Assembly: GCF_054482595.1 (NCBI RefSeq)
Contig: NZ_CM137008.1
Length of the DNA stretch: 64,000 nucleotides
Strand: one strand, 5' to 3'
In this document: piece by piece, positions 45,992-57,496 of the stretch
Layout: every line of letters starts with the position of its first letter
How positions within the stretch are numbered: position 1 is the stretch's first letter
The notes under the pieces: generated by a model
What the model was told of the DNA's origin: nothing
The model's database searches: none
Seen by the model: the letters and a program-made list of their open reading frames with translations, nothing else
Made by a program: the position numbers and the translations under genes

Positions 45992-47257
45992 TCAAGCTTC
46001 AGCCGCCAGCATCTCTTTCTTACGTTGGCTAATTCGCTTAACCAGCATTACGGAAACCACCGCACCACAGAATGCGAAGCAGGCCATAATGCCAAACACG
46101 ATTTTGTAGCCAATAATCCCCGGATTTAAATCCAGAATGTAGCCATACAGACTGAAGCAGAACATCGCCGGAGCGTAACCAATAAAGCTACCCAACGCCA
46201 TCGCCGCGCCTGTTTTATTTTCAGCAATTTTTGCTTCGCCGATAGGTGCAAAAAATACGGCTCGCTGTGTAAAGACTATCGCGCCAAAGCCCAGCGTACA
46301 TGCCATCCCTAAATAGACCGGCATACTTTCGTGCGGCAGCATAATCAACAGTACGAGCGCAGCGGTACTGATGATAAAGGTGTAGCATAGATATTTACTC
46401 GGCGATTTCAGGATCTTATCTGAAATCATGCCACCAATCGGTCCACCAATCATTTTCAGACAGTATTGGTTAATGATGCCGTAAGCCCCCACCAGCGCAA
46501 CGGGCAATAGATAGATGTTTTTCAGGAATGGAATGAAGAATGTCAGGCCACAGTAAACCGCGTAAACGAAGAAGACGTTAAAAGCGATAAGCCAGATGGT
46601 TTTGTCTCTCAGCACCGAGGTCATACTGGTGTTTTGCGATGCTCCGTCTTCTTTTTTCACCTCAACGGACGGTGCCTCTTCTTTGTCATTCAGGACAAAG
46701 AAAATAATAATGCCTACGGCAATCACAATAAGGGAATAGAACCAGATGCCTGCTTTAAAACCCAATAAGCCACTGCCAAACCAGGTAAATACTGCCAACG
46801 CAGAAAATGCCACCACGGTATCGACAATGCCACGCCCTGTTTCGAAGAAGCCAAACAACCGACCTTGTTGTTCGCTATTGCCCAATCGACTTACCGACTT
46901 GAGCAAGACCGGCCAGTTCATCATGTCGCAAGTAACGCCAAATAGCGCCCAGACAAAGAGGATGCCCCAATACCCCGGCATTGTCGTCAAATAAACACCC
47001 AGTAATCCTGTCGCAATGAGTGAGAATGACATGGTGTATCTGCGCGGTAGTTTATCGGCAAAATAAATAGACAGAAAAAAACCCACTGTCGTGACAAATG
47101 AGTTTACCGACATAGCATTACCAATTTGACCATTGGTCAAATGGAAATATTCCTGCATCGGGATATAAAACGCATCTTTCAGCGACGGTAATTTATAAAT
47201 TGTACCGCCACACAATGTTAATAGACTAAATAACGCCCATTTCTTTTTCGTGAGCAT
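45992..47257 (-). CDS. yihN: MFS transporter
   Basis: 421 aa, 12 TM pattern. Confidence 0.88.
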   Translation of the reverse strand: MLTKKKWALFSLLTLCGGTIYKLPSLKDAFYIPMQEYFHLTNGQIGNAMSVNSFVTTVGFFLSIYFADKLPRRYTMSFSLIATGLLGVYLTTMPGYWGILFVWALFGVTCDMMNWPVLLKSVSRLGNSEQQGRLFGFFETGRGIVDTVVAFSALAVFTWFGSGLLGFKAGIWFYSLIVIAVGIIIFFVLNDKEEAPSVEVKKEDGASQNTSMTSVLRDKTIWLIAFNVFFVYAVYCGLTFFIPFLKNIYLLPVALVGAYGIINQYCLKMIGGPIGGMISDKILKSPSKYLCYTFIISTAALVLLIMLPHESMPVYLGMACTLGFGAIVFTQRAVFFAPIGEAKIAENKTGAAMALGSFIGYAPAMFCFSLYGYILDLNPGIIGYKIVFGIMACFAFCGAVVSVMLVKRISQRKKEMLAAEA

Positions 47258-47358
47258 AACATCCCCTAAGCGATTTTTAAAATCACTGTTTTAAAGGCAA
47301 TAAGATACCGACCATTCATATGGAATGGTTTTATTAACTGCGTATGAGTTAAAACTTA

Positions 47359-48339
47359 TTAGTGGTTCAGAAGATGGTTTGCCTCTTGTTTGATTTGTTG
47401 TAGTACGTTACGCACATGATTTATCTGATTAATTGCATCTTCTTTTTCTTTACGTAACCGCGCATCCAGTAAATGATTTTCTGGCAATGGTGTTTCACTC
47501 ATCTGGCGATAAGGGATCCACGGATTATCATCTTCGTCTTCAAAGCGGAACGCCGGCGCATAGTAATCAACCTCTTCTTCCAGGCCATATGCCGTCACCT
47601 GCGGCTCATCATCACCCAGGCATATAAGGTGCGTTAATAACGCTTTGAACGGCATATCACCCTGACCTGAAATACAGGCTTTATGACCCAGGCCACCCGG
47701 TTCTTTAACGATCAAGGCATCTTTGATATGGACCTGGGTAATATGCGGCGCCATCGTTTTTAAAGCGTCGATGGGATGCTCATTTGCATTGATCATGTTC
47801 GCAAAATCAAACAGTAAGGAAAGAGATTCCATCTCACTTTCTTTGACCAGCGACACCAGCTCATGGCTTTTTAAATCTTCATGCTGTTCGATCGTAAAAG
47901 TCAGGCCGCTGTCCTGATACGTTTCCCGTACATAGGCAATGTCGTTAGAGATGATCGATAATACGTCGCGCAAATTACCTTCATAACGTGGATAAAAACG
48001 TACGGACGATGCCCCAGTTTTCAACGCAATGGCGACGGCTTCGTCAATAGATGCCTTATCTGAGGCGCTGGTTTCAATATGAATATCAAGGTTCAGACGG
48101 CGGGCTTTATCCCCAAAGGCAGAGAGTTCTTTATCGTCCATATTACCAAGAGAAAAACGCTCGCCATCCAGAACATGGATTTTGACGCCACGTAGATTAT
48201 TTTCACTTGCGATATCAAGTAAATCAGCAGGCAACACTCTTTCCAGCCGCATATTTAAATGAAAGGCATAAGCATGTAAATAAAGAGGAAGAGTGTCGAC
48301 ACGTTGTAGAATCTTTCTTGCGTTATTTATTGTCACCAT
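47359..48339 (-). CDS. yihM: Sugar-phosphate isomerase/epimerase (TIM-barrel, xylose-isomerase-like)
   Basis: 326 aa. Confidence 0.85.
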   Translation of the reverse strand: MVTINNARKILQRVDTLPLYLHAYAFHLNMRLERVLPADLLDIASENNLRGVKIHVLDGERFSLGNMDDKELSAFGDKARRLNLDIHIETSASDKASIDEAVAIALKTGASSVRFYPRYEGNLRDVLSIISNDIAYVRETYQDSGLTFTIEQHEDLKSHELVSLVKESEMESLSLLFDFANMINANEHPIDALKTMAPHITQVHIKDALIVKEPGGLGHKACISGQGDMPFKALLTHLICLGDDEPQVTAYGLEEEVDYYAPAFRFEDEDDNPWIPYRQMSETPLPENHLLDARLRKEKEDAINQINHVRNVLQQIKQEANHLLNH

Positions 48340-48346
48340 AAAACAC

Positions 48347-49057
48347 CTACAGATTAATGATGAGGTCTACGGCCTCAAATCGCCAATATTCAATATCTAT
48401 CTGGACAATATTGCCTTGCTGGTCGGCGCGATGCTTTTCAATTAAGATCGCTGGCATACCCGCAGAACCGCCAAGATACTTGCTGATATCGCCCGGCATT
48501 CTGACGGGTTTGAAAATCAATTTTTTTACTACCGTCTCTTTTTGGTAGCACTTTTCCCAGACTGCAGAAAATGAGTGGTTTTCAAGTTGTTCAATAAAAC
48601 CTGGGGCAACTTCAGGATTAATATATGTTTCATGATAGAAAACTTTATGTCCTTCCAGCGCCCCCCAGCCGGTAATACGATAGAGTTCGGTTGATGGCGT
48701 CACTGCAATCAGTGGCGCAAGCGTCTGGGGAATGTCGCTGGTACGGCTTTTCTCGGTAAACCCCCAGGAAGGTTCCCGCCCTTGCTCAATTGCGGCCCGC
48801 TGAAAGCTCGCCGACAGCTCCGGGCTGTAATTAAATCGCGGCTGAGTCACGAACCACCCTTTACGATCCTTACGGAAGATTTTGGATTCTGCCTCGAGGT
48901 TCAGCAACGCCTGGCGCAGCGTCATACGTTTAATGCCCAGCAGCTCTCCCAGCTCTCTTTCTGAAGGGAGTTTTCCACCCGGCGTGGTGATGCCATCTTT
49001 CAACCACCGATCCAGTTTCTCTTTTGCATTTTCTACGGTGGATTGATTCTCCGCCAT
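48347..49057 (-). CDS. yihL: GntR-family transcriptional regulator (UTRA effector domain)
   Basis: 236 aa; N-terminal winged HTH (PSERELGELLGIKRMTLRQAL). Confidence 0.85.
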   Translation of the reverse strand: MAENQSTVENAKEKLDRWLKDGITTPGGKLPSERELGELLGIKRMTLRQALLNLEAESKIFRKDRKGWFVTQPRFNYSPELSASFQRAAIEQGREPSWGFTEKSRTSDIPQTLAPLIAVTPSTELYRITGWGALEGHKVFYHETYINPEVAPGFIEQLENHSFSAVWEKCYQKETVVKKLIFKPVRMPGDISKYLGGSAGMPAILIEKHRADQQGNIVQIDIEYWRFEAVDLIINL

Positions 49058-49273
49058 TGTTTAATCCTTTTGGTTTAAACCAGATGAAGCATCTTACGCT
49101 TACGCCAAAAAAGAAAGCAATTAACGGCGTATGACTTTGCAGATAATTGTGACAAAGCTCTCTATTGACGTAATCCCAGACTTATAAGGGAGATACTCGC
49201 ATTGGTGTGCGCTCACGACAGGTAAAAAAAAACCTGCCAGCGCTGGCAGGTTTTTTATGACTAAAAAACGAAA

Positions 49274-51097
49274 TTAATCGTCTTTCGGTGCGCGGTTGGC
49301 GCGACGACGATCGTTTTCCGTCAGGTGACGTTTACGAATACGGATAGAGGTCGGGGTCACTTCTACCAGTTCGTCATCATCGATGAACTCCAGAGCTTGT
49401 TCCAGAGTCATGCGGATAGGCGGAACCAGAACAACGGCTTCGTCAGTACCGGAAGCACGCATGTTGGTCAGTTTCTTACCGGTCAGGCAGTTTACAGTCA
49501 GGTCGTTAGAGCGGCTATGAATACCGATAATCTGACCTTCGTAAACTTCTGCACCGTGACCGAGGAACAGCTTACCGCGATCCTGCAGACCGAACAGCGC
49601 GAACGCGACCGCTTTACCCTGACCGTTAGAGATCAGTACGCCGTTCTGACGCTGACCCACTTCACCCGGACGTACGTCGTCGTAGTGGCTGAAGGTGGAG
49701 TACAGCAGACCCGTACCGGAAGTCATGGTCATGAACTCAGAACGGAAGCCAATCAGACCACGGCTTGGGATCACGTAGTCGAGACGTACGCGGCCTTTAC
49801 CGTCTGGATTCATGTTTTTCAGGTCGCCTTTACGTTCGCCCAGCGCCTGCATCACAGAACCCTGATGCTGTTCTTCAACGTCCAGCGTCACGTTTTCATA
49901 CGGCTCTTGTTTACGACCGTCGATTTCACGGAAGATAACTTTCGGACGGGATACCGCCAGTTCGAAACCTTCACGACGCATGTTTTCGATCAGAACAGAC
50001 AGGTGCAGTTCGCCACGACCAGAAACGCGGAACGCATCGGCGTCTTCGGTTTCTTCTACGCGCAGCGCAACGTTGTGTACCAGTTCTTTGTTCAGACGAT
50101 CCAGGATCTGACGAGACGTTACGAACTTACCTTCTTTACCGCAGAACGGCGAGGTGTTAACGCAGAAGAACATAGAAACGGTCGGCTCATCAACGGAGAG
50201 TGCCGGCAGCGCTTCAACGTTTTGCGTGTCGCAAACGGTGTCAGAAATGTTCAGTTCGCCAAGGCCCGTGATCGCAACGATATCGCCAGCTTCCGCCAGA
50301 TCGGTTTCGATACGTTCCAGACCGAGGTGGCCCAGCACTTTACCGACTTTCGCGTTGCGGGTTTTGCCTTCGCTATCGATGATAGTGACCTGCTGGTTCG
50401 GCTTCACTTTACCGCGCTTGATGCGGCCAATGCCGATAACGCCAACATAGCTGTTGTAATCGAGCTGAGAAATCTGCATCTGGAACGGACCGTCAAGGTC
50501 AACGTCCGGCGCAGGAACGTGATCAACAATCGCCTGATACAGCGGGGTCATGTCTTCCGCCATATCTTCGTGGTCCAGACCCGCGATACCGTTCAGCGCA
50601 GAAGCGTAAACGATCGGGAAGTCCAGCTGCTCGTCGGTCGCGTCGAGGTTAACGAACAGATCGAATACCTGATCCACAACCCAATCAGGACGCGCGCCAG
50701 GGCGGTCAACTTTGTTGATAACAACAATCGGCTTCAGGCCGTAAGCAAACGCTTTTTTGGTTACGAAGCGCGTTTGCGGCATCGGGCCGTCAAATGCGTC
50801 AACCACCAGCAGCACTGAGTCTACCATGGACATTACACGTTCAACTTCACCACCGAAGTCGGCGTGCCCCGGGGTATCAACGATGTTGATACGGTAATCA
50901 TTCCATTTGATAGCGGTGTTTTTCGCGAGGATGGTAATCCCACGCTCTTTCTCCAAATCGTTGGAGTCCATCACGCGCTCTTGGGTTTCGGCACGAGAGT
51001 CGAACGTACCGGATTGTTGGAGCAGCTTGTCTACCAGGGTGGTTTTACCATGGTCTACGTGCGCGATGATGGCGATATTACGCAATTTTTCGATCAC
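49274..51097 (-). CDS. typA: Ribosome-associated translational GTPase BipA/TypA
   Basis: 607 aa, [26 protein letters not shown]...; EF-G-like G-domain. Confidence 0.95.
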   Translation of the reverse strand: MIEKLRNIAIIAHVDHGKTTLVDKLLQQSGTFDSRAETQERVMDSNDLEKERGITILAKNTAIKWNDYRINIVDTPGHADFGGEVERVMSMVDSVLLVVDAFDGPMPQTRFVTKKAFAYGLKPIVVINKVDRPGARPDWVVDQVFDLFVNLDATDEQLDFPIVYASALNGIAGLDHEDMAEDMTPLYQAIVDHVPAPDVDLDGPFQMQISQLDYNSYVGVIGIGRIKRGKVKPNQQVTIIDSEGKTRNAKVGKVLGHLGLERIETDLAEAGDIVAITGLGELNISDTVCDTQNVEALPALSVDEPTVSMFFCVNTSPFCGKEGKFVTSRQILDRLNKELVHNVALRVEETEDADAFRVSGRGELHLSVLIENMRREGFELAVSRPKVIFREIDGRKQEPYENVTLDVEEQHQGSVMQALGERKGDLKNMNPDGKGRVRLDYVIPSRGLIGFRSEFMTMTSGTGLLYSTFSHYDDVRPGEVGQRQNGVLISNGQGKAVAFALFGLQDRGKLFLGHGAEVYEGQIIGIHSRSNDLTVNCLTGKKLTNMRASGTDEAVVLVPPIRMTLEQALEFIDDDELVEVTPTSIRIRKRHLTENDRRRANRAPKDD

Positions 51098-51248
51098 AAC
51101 TTTGCCTCAGGCATTAGAAATAGCGCGTTATTGTACACGGATTAATCGCACTACAAAACAGGATCACAAACATCCTCCGCAAACAAGTATTGCAGAGTCC
51201 CTTTGTGATCGCTTTCACGGAGCATAAAAAGGGTTATCCAAAGGTCAT

Positions 51249-51297
51249 TGCACCAATATGGTGCTTAATGTTTCCATTGAAGCACTATATTGGTGCA
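51249..51297. promoter_or_regulatory. Tandem NtrC-binding sites (TGCACC-N5-GGTGCA type) upstream of glnA
   Basis: TGCACCAATATGGTGCT (51249..51265) and GCACTATATTGGTGCA (51282..51297). Confidence 0.75.
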
Positions 51298-51370
51298 ACA
51301 TTCACATCATGGTGCAGCCCTTTTGCACGATGTTAAGCATGATAACGCCTTTTAGGGGCAATTTAAAAGT

Positions 51371-51386
51371 TGGCACAGATTTCGCT
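51371..51386 (+). promoter_or_regulatory. Sigma-54 promoter glnAp2 (-24 TGGCAC / -12 TCGC)
   Basis: TGGCACagattTCGCT with canonical GG-N10-GC spacing, about 85 bp upstream of glnA ATG. Confidence 0.8.
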
Positions 51387-51469
51387 TTATCTTTTTTACG
51401 GCGACACGGCCAAAATAATTGCAGATTTCGTTACCACGACGACAATGACCAATCCAGGAGAGTTAAAGT

Positions 51470-52879
51470 ATGTCCGCTGAACACGTACTGACGATGCTGA
51501 ACGAGCACGAAGTGAAGTTTGTTGATTTGCGCTTCACCGATACCAAAGGTAAAGAACAGCACGTCACTATCCCTGCTCATCAGGTGAATGCTGAATTCTT
51601 CGAAGAAGGCAAAATGTTTGACGGCTCCTCGATTGGCGGCTGGAAAGGCATTAACGAATCCGACATGGTGCTGATGCCAGACGCATCCACCGCAGTGATT
51701 GACCCGTTCTTCGCCGACTCCACCCTGATTATCCGTTGCGACATCCTTGAACCTGGCACCCTGCAAGGCTATGACCGTGACCCGCGCTCTATTGCGAAGC
51801 GCGCCGAAGATTACCTGCGTTCCACTGGCATTGCCGACACCGTACTGTTCGGGCCAGAACCTGAATTCTTCCTGTTCGATGACATCCGTTTCGGATCATC
51901 TATCTCTGGTTCCCACGTTGCTATCGACGATATCGAAGGCGCATGGAACTCCTCCACCCAATACGAAGGTGGTAACAAAGGTCACCGTCCGGCAGTGAAA
52001 GGCGGTTACTTCCCGGTTCCGCCGGTAGACTCTGCTCAGGATATTCGTTCTGAAATGTGTCTGGTGATGGAACAGATGGGTCTGGTGGTTGAAGCCCATC
52101 ACCACGAAGTAGCGACTGCTGGTCAGAACGAAGTGGCTACCCGCTTCAATACCATGACCAAAAAAGCTGACGAAATTCAGATCTACAAATATGTTGTGCA
52201 CAACGTAGCGCACCGCTTCGGTAAAACCGCGACCTTTATGCCAAAACCGATGTTCGGTGATAACGGCTCCGGTATGCACTGCCACATGTCTCTGTCTAAA
52301 AACGGCGTTAACCTGTTCGCAGGCGACAAATACGCAGGTCTGTCTGAGCAGGCGCTGTACTACATTGGCGGCGTAATCAAACACGCTAAAGCGATTAACG
52401 CCCTGGCAAACCCGACCACCAACTCTTATAAGCGTCTGGTCCCGGGCTACGAAGCACCGGTAATGCTGGCTTACTCTGCGCGTAACCGTTCTGCGTCTAT
52501 CCGTATTCCGGTGGTTTCTTCTCCGAAAGCACGTCGTATCGAAGTACGTTTCCCGGACCCGGCGGCTAACCCGTACCTGTGCTTTGCTGCCCTGCTGATG
52601 GCCGGTCTTGATGGTATCAAGAACAAGATCCATCCGGGCGAAGCCATGGACAAAAACCTGTATGACCTGCCGCCAGAAGAAGCGAAAGAGATCCCACAGG
52701 TTGCAGGCTCTCTGGAAGAAGCACTGAACGAACTGGATCTGGACCGCGAGTTCCTGAAAGCCGGTGGCGTGTTCACTGACGAAGCAATTGATGCGTACAT
52801 CGCTCTGCGTCGCGAAGAAGATGACCGCGTGCGTATGACTCCGCATCCGGTAGAGTTTGAGCTGTACTACAGCGTCTAA
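51470..52879 (+). CDS. glnA: Glutamine synthetase
   Basis: 469 aa, [31 protein letters not shown]...; adenylylation-site Tyr region present. Confidence 0.97.
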
Positions 52880-52939
52880 TAGTTGAAGTTGTACTACCCG
52901 GCGCAACAACGCCGGGATTTAGTTGCCGTGGAAACTTTC

Positions 52940-52966
52940 AGCCCATCTCTGCATGGGCTTTTTTCT
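52940..52966 (+). terminator. Rho-independent terminator after glnA
   Basis: AGCCCAT-ctctgc-ATGGGCT followed by TTTTTTCT; a second weaker hairpin (CCCGGCG-caacaa-CGCCGGG) lies at about 52898..52917. Confidence 0.75.
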
Positions 52967-53014
52967 CCGTCAATTCTCTGATGCTTCGCGCTTTTTATCC
53001 GTAAAAAGCTATAA

Positions 53015-53031
53015 TGCACTAAAATGGTGCA
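53015..53031. promoter_or_regulatory. NtrC-type palindrome at the glnL promoter
   Basis: TGCACTAAAATGGTGCA overlapping a TATAAT-like hexamer (GCTATAATGCAC). Confidence 0.65.
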
Positions 53032-53052
53032 ACCTGTTCAGGAGACTGCTTT

Positions 53053-54102
53053 ATGGCAACAGGCACGCAGCCCGATGCTGGGCAGATCCTCAACTCGCTG
53101 ATTAACAGTATTTTGTTAATCGATGACAACCTGGCGATCCATTACGCCAACCCCGCCGCGCAACAACTGCTCGCCCAAAGCTCCCGCAAATTGTTTGGTA
53201 CACCGTTACCGGAACTGTTGAGCTACTTCTCATTAAATATCGAGCTGATGCAAGAAAGTCTGGAGGCGGGGCAAGGTTTTACCGATAACGAAGTGACGCT
53301 GGTCATCGACGGGCGCTCGCATATCCTTTCTGTGACGGCCCAGCGTATGCCGGACGGCATGATCCTGCTGGAGATGGCTCCGATGGATAACCAGCGCCGC
53401 TTAAGTCAGGAACAGCTACAGCACGCCCAGCAGGTTGCTGCCCGTGATTTAGTGCGCGGCCTGGCACATGAGATTAAAAATCCGCTTGGCGGTTTACGTG
53501 GCGCGGCGCAGCTGCTCAGCAAAGCGTTACCTGACCCATCACTACTCGAATATACCAAAGTGATTATCGAACAGGCGGACCGGCTGCGAAATCTGGTCGA
53601 CCGTCTGTTGGGGCCGCAGCTGCCCGGTACGCGCGTTACCGAAAGTATTCACAAAGTAGCTGAACGCGTGGTAACGCTGGTGTCGATGGAACTGCCGGAC
53701 AACGTGCGGTTGATTCGTGATTACGATCCCAGCCTGCCGGAACTGGCGCACGACCCGGATCAAATTGAACAGGTCTTGCTGAATATTGTGCGCAATGCGC
53801 TACAGGCGCTGGGGCCGGAAGGCGGTGAAATCATTCTGCGTACCCGCACCGCGTTTCAACTGACCTTACACGGCGAACGCTACCGGCTGGCGGCGCGGAT
53901 TGATGTGGAAGATAACGGGCCAGGCATTCCGCCTCATTTGCAGGATACGCTGTTTTACCCGATGGTCAGCGGCCGCGAAGGTGGCACCGGGCTTGGCTTA
54001 TCCATCGCTCGTAATTTGATTGATCAGCATTCAGGCAAAATTGAATTTACCAGTTGGCCAGGGCATACCGAGTTCTCGGTTTACCTGCCTATCAGGAAAT
54101 AA
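53053..54102 (+). CDS. glnL: Nitrogen sensor histidine kinase NtrB
   Basis: 349 aa; PAS domain, H-box ([14 protein letters not shown]), ATPase domain. Confidence 0.95.
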
Positions 54103-54113
54103 AGGTGACGTTT

Positions 54114-55523
54114 ATGCAACGAGGGATAGTCTGGGTAGTCGATGACGATAGTTCCATCCGTTGGGTGCTTGAACGTGCGCTCGCTGGAGCGGGTTTAACC
54201 TGTACGACATTTGAGAACGGCGCGGAGGTACTGGAGGCGCTGGCGAGCAAAACGCCGGATGTGCTGCTTTCAGATATCCGTATGCCGGGAATGGACGGGC
54301 TGGCACTGCTCAAGCAGATTAAACAGCGCCATCCGATGCTTCCGGTCATCATTATGACCGCACATTCCGATCTGGATGCTGCCGTCAGCGCCTATCAACA
54401 AGGGGCGTTTGATTATCTGCCCAAACCGTTTGATATCGACGAAGCCGTGGCGCTGGTTGAGCGCGCCATCAGCCATTATCAGGAACAGCAGCAGCCGCGT
54501 AATATTCAGCTTAACGGCCCAACGACCGATATCATCGGCGAAGCGCCAGCCATGCAGGACGTGTTCCGTATTATCGGTCGGCTTTCGCGTTCTTCTATTA
54601 GCGTGCTGATTAACGGCGAATCCGGCACCGGTAAAGAACTGGTCGCTCATGCCCTGCATCGCCACAGTCCGCGCGCCAAAGCGCCGTTTATCGCGCTGAA
54701 TATGGCAGCTATCCCAAAAGATTTGATCGAATCAGAACTGTTTGGCCACGAGAAAGGCGCGTTTACTGGCGCGAATACCATTCGTCAGGGGCGTTTTGAA
54801 CAGGCCGATGGCGGTACATTATTCCTCGACGAAATTGGTGATATGCCGCTGGATGTGCAGACGCGTTTGCTGCGCGTGCTGGCAGACGGTCAGTTTTACC
54901 GCGTTGGCGGCTATGCGCCGGTGAAAGTGGATGTGCGGATTATCGCTGCCACTCACCAGAATCTCGAACAGCGAGTGCAGGAAGGTAAGTTCCGTGAGGA
55001 TCTGTTCCACCGCCTGAACGTTATCCGCGTTCATCTGCCGCCGCTGCGCGAACGTCGGGAAGATATTCCCCGTCTGGCGCGCCATTTTTTACAGGTTGCC
55101 GCGCGCGAACTGGGCGTAGAAGCGAAGTTACTGCATCCGGAAACCGAAGCTGCTCTGACGCGTCTGGCGTGGCCAGGCAACGTGCGCCAGCTGGAAAACA
55201 CCTGCCGCTGGCTAACGGTGATGGCCGCCGGGCAGGAAGTGTTGATTCAGGATTTGCCCGGCGAACTGTTTGAATCAACGGTTGCGGAGAGTACTTCGCA
55301 AATGCAACCGGACAGTTGGGCGACGCTTCTTGCGCAGTGGGCAGACAGAGCGCTGCGTTCCGGTCATCAAAATCTGCTTTCCGAAGCGCAGCCAGAGCTG
55401 GAGCGGACGTTACTGACGACCGCGTTGCGACATACGCAGGGGCATAAACAGGAAGCGGCGCGGCTACTCGGCTGGGGCCGCAACACTCTGACGCGTAAGT
55501 TAAAAGAGCTGGGGATGGAGTGA
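54114..55523 (+). CDS. glnG: Nitrogen regulator NtrC (sigma-54 enhancer-binding protein)
   Basis: 469 aa from [19 protein letters not shown]...; receiver, AAA+ ([14 protein letters not shown]) and C-terminal HTH; ORF opens 20 codons upstream. Confidence 0.95.
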   Translation: MQRGIVWVVDDDSSIRWVLERALAGAGLTCTTFENGAEVLEALASKTPDVLLSDIRMPGMDGLALLKQIKQRHPMLPVIIMTAHSDLDAAVSAYQQGAFDYLPKPFDIDEAVALVERAISHYQEQQQPRNIQLNGPTTDIIGEAPAMQDVFRIIGRLSRSSISVLINGESGTGKELVAHALHRHSPRAKAPFIALNMAAIPKDLIESELFGHEKGAFTGANTIRQGRFEQADGGTLFLDEIGDMPLDVQTRLLRVLADGQFYRVGGYAPVKVDVRIIAATHQNLEQRVQEGKFREDLFHRLNVIRVHLPPLRERREDIPRLARHFLQVAARELGVEAKLLHPETEAALTRLAWPGNVRQLENTCRWLTVMAAGQEVLIQDLPGELFESTVAESTSQMQPDSWATLLAQWADRALRSGHQNLLSEAQPELERTLLTTALRHTQGHKQEAARLLGWGRNTLTRKLKELGME

Positions 55524-55634
55524 TTCACGGCGTGTGTGTAAAGATTGATTATTGAGCGCAAATTGCTGGTATTTTGCGCTTTACTGTTCCGATAAGTTCA
55601 GTATGATCTTGCCCGGAAAACGGGGAGAGTCATT

Positions 55635-55745
55635 ATGCTGGAATCAATAATTAATCTGGTATCGAGTGGCGCAGTTGACAGCCACACACCGCAAACTGCC
55701 GTTGCTGCCGTGCTGTGTGCCGCAATGATTGGGCTGTTTAGTTGA
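55635..55745 (+). CDS. yshB: Small membrane protein (36 aa)
   Basis: GGGGAGAG RBS then ATG; product MLESIINLVSSGAVDSHTPQTAVAAVLCAAMIGLFS; below ORF-track size cutoff. Confidence 0.7.
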   Translation: MLESIINLVSSGAVDSHTPQTAVAAVLCAAMIGLFS

Positions 55746-55779
55746 GTTTCAGATTGCTGATGAAGTGCTCTTTGTTCAT

Positions 55780-55868
55780 GCCGGATGCGGCGTGAACGCC
55801 TTATCCGGCCTACAAAAGCAATATTTTCAACAGGTTTTGTAGGCCTGATAAGCGTAGCGCATCAGGCA
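55780..55868. repeat. REP/BIME pair
   Basis: GCCGGATGCGGCGTGAACGCCTTATCCGGCCTACA and TGTAGGCCTGATAAGCGTAGCGCATCAGGCA. Confidence 0.8.
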
Positions 55869-55934
55869 ATCTTGTTCTCAGCACATTGATGGCGCTTTCG
55901 TTTTCTACTTTGTAAACGAAGCGCCATTCACTAT

Positions 55935-57308
55935 TTAAATCACCCGTGAGAACTGCTGCATCCGCGCTTTCTGGCGCAGATAGGTATCAAAGCACATGCA
56001 AATGTTGCGGATCAGCAAGCGACCTTTCGCCGTCACCTGTATTCCCTTCTCATCCACATCCACCAGCCCATCTTTTGCTAACGGGGCGAGCAGCTTGAGA
56101 TCTTCCGCAAAGTAATCAGCGAAGTGCAAATCCCACTGTTTCTCAATAGGGGCGTAATCCAGACGGAAGTTGCAGATGAGCGACTTAATCACATCGCGGC
56201 GAATACAGTCATCACGCGTTAGCGCAATACCACGCCACAGCGCATTGCCTTGTTCATCCACTTGCTGATAGTACTGCTTCAACTCTTTCTGGTTCTGCGC
56301 GTAGCAGTCGCCAATCATGCTGATGGCGGAAACGCCCATCCCCAGCAGATCGGTATCGCCCTGAGTGGTGTAGCCCTGGAAGTTACGATGCAGCACGCCT
56401 TCACGCTGGGCCACCGCCAGCTCGTCATCCGGACGGGCAAAGTGATCCATACCGATAAACTGATAGCCCGATTGCGTCAGGAAGGCGATGGTTTCCTGCA
56501 GGATATCGAGTTTTTGCTGCGGACTCGGCAGGTCAGCATCTTTGATTTTGCGCTGAGCAGCAAAAATGGTCGGCAGATGCGCGTAGTTAAAGACACTCAG
56601 ACGATCGGGGTTCAGCTCCGCCACACGTTTCAGGGTAAAGGCGAAACTCTCCGGCGTCTGTTTCGGCAGGCCGTAAATCAGGTCGATGTTGGTGGAGGTA
56701 AAACCAATCTCACGCGCATGGTTAAGCAGTGCAAAGATGAACTCTTCATCCTGCTCGCGGTTAACCAGACGTTGCACTTCTTTGTTGAAGTCCTGCACGC
56801 CCATGCTCAGGCGATTAAAGCCTTCGGCGCGTAAATGATCGAGTACATCCAGTTCGATTTCCCGCGGATCGACTTCGATCGAAATCTCCGCATCGGCATT
56901 GAACTGGAAGTTTTCGCGCAGCAGCTTCATCAGGCGGCTGATTTGCGCTTTATTCAGATACGTCGGCGTTCCGCCGCCCCAGTGCAATTGGCTGACGTGA
57001 CGCCCGGCGAACAGCGGTGCACGATGGACGATTTCTTGCTCCAGCGCGTCCAGATACTGATCGGCCTTGTGCTGCTGGCGAGTAACAATCTTATTGCAAC
57101 CGCAGAAGTAACAAAGCTTATGGCAGAACGGGATATGTACGTAGAGAGATAATGGACGCTCAGGATAGCGCGCCACGGCTTGTAAAAACGCCTGTTCGCC
57201 GAAGTCTTCTGAAAACTCCAGCGCGGTCGGGTACGAGGTGTATCGTGGCCCGGAATAGTTATATTTCTGGATCAGGGCCAGATCCCAGTCGATTTGCTGT
57301 ACAGACAT
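55935..57308 (-). CDS. hemN: Oxygen-independent coproporphyrinogen III oxidase (radical SAM)
   Basis: 457 aa from MSVQQIDWDLALIQKYNYSGPRYTSYPTA...; CxxxCxxC motif (CHKLCYFCGC). Confidence 0.95.
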   Translation of the reverse strand: MSVQQIDWDLALIQKYNYSGPRYTSYPTALEFSEDFGEQAFLQAVARYPERPLSLYVHIPFCHKLCYFCGCNKIVTRQQHKADQYLDALEQEIVHRAPLFAGRHVSQLHWGGGTPTYLNKAQISRLMKLLRENFQFNADAEISIEVDPREIELDVLDHLRAEGFNRLSMGVQDFNKEVQRLVNREQDEEFIFALLNHAREIGFTSTNIDLIYGLPKQTPESFAFTLKRVAELNPDRLSVFNYAHLPTIFAAQRKIKDADLPSPQQKLDILQETIAFLTQSGYQFIGMDHFARPDDELAVAQREGVLHRNFQGYTTQGDTDLLGMGVSAISMIGDCYAQNQKELKQYYQQVDEQGNALWRGIALTRDDCIRRDVIKSLICNFRLDYAPIEKQWDLHFADYFAEDLKLLAPLAKDGLVDVDEKGIQVTAKGRLLIRNICMCFDTYLRQKARMQQFSRVI

Positions 57309-57496
57309 GCTCACTCCTTCCGATGGCGTCTCTGGCGGCTACGGCGTACCGGCGGATGCCCGTTTCGGGTCATCAGCCGGTTGCGCAGCCACTTTTGTCG
57401 CCGCGACAACCGCTGTAGTTTAACGAATAACCACACCAGATAACATATAACCGGAAGGGTTATCAGCAGAACGGGAAGGCCCACGGCGGCAATCCG

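Noticed and set aside
49325-50818. 497-aa plus-strand ORF
   Set aside because: Lies entirely antisense within typA; low-complexity R/V/F-rich translation typical of shadow ORFs in GC-rich coding sequence.
51896-52909. 337-aa minus-strand ORF
   Set aside because: Antisense to glnA; shadow ORF.
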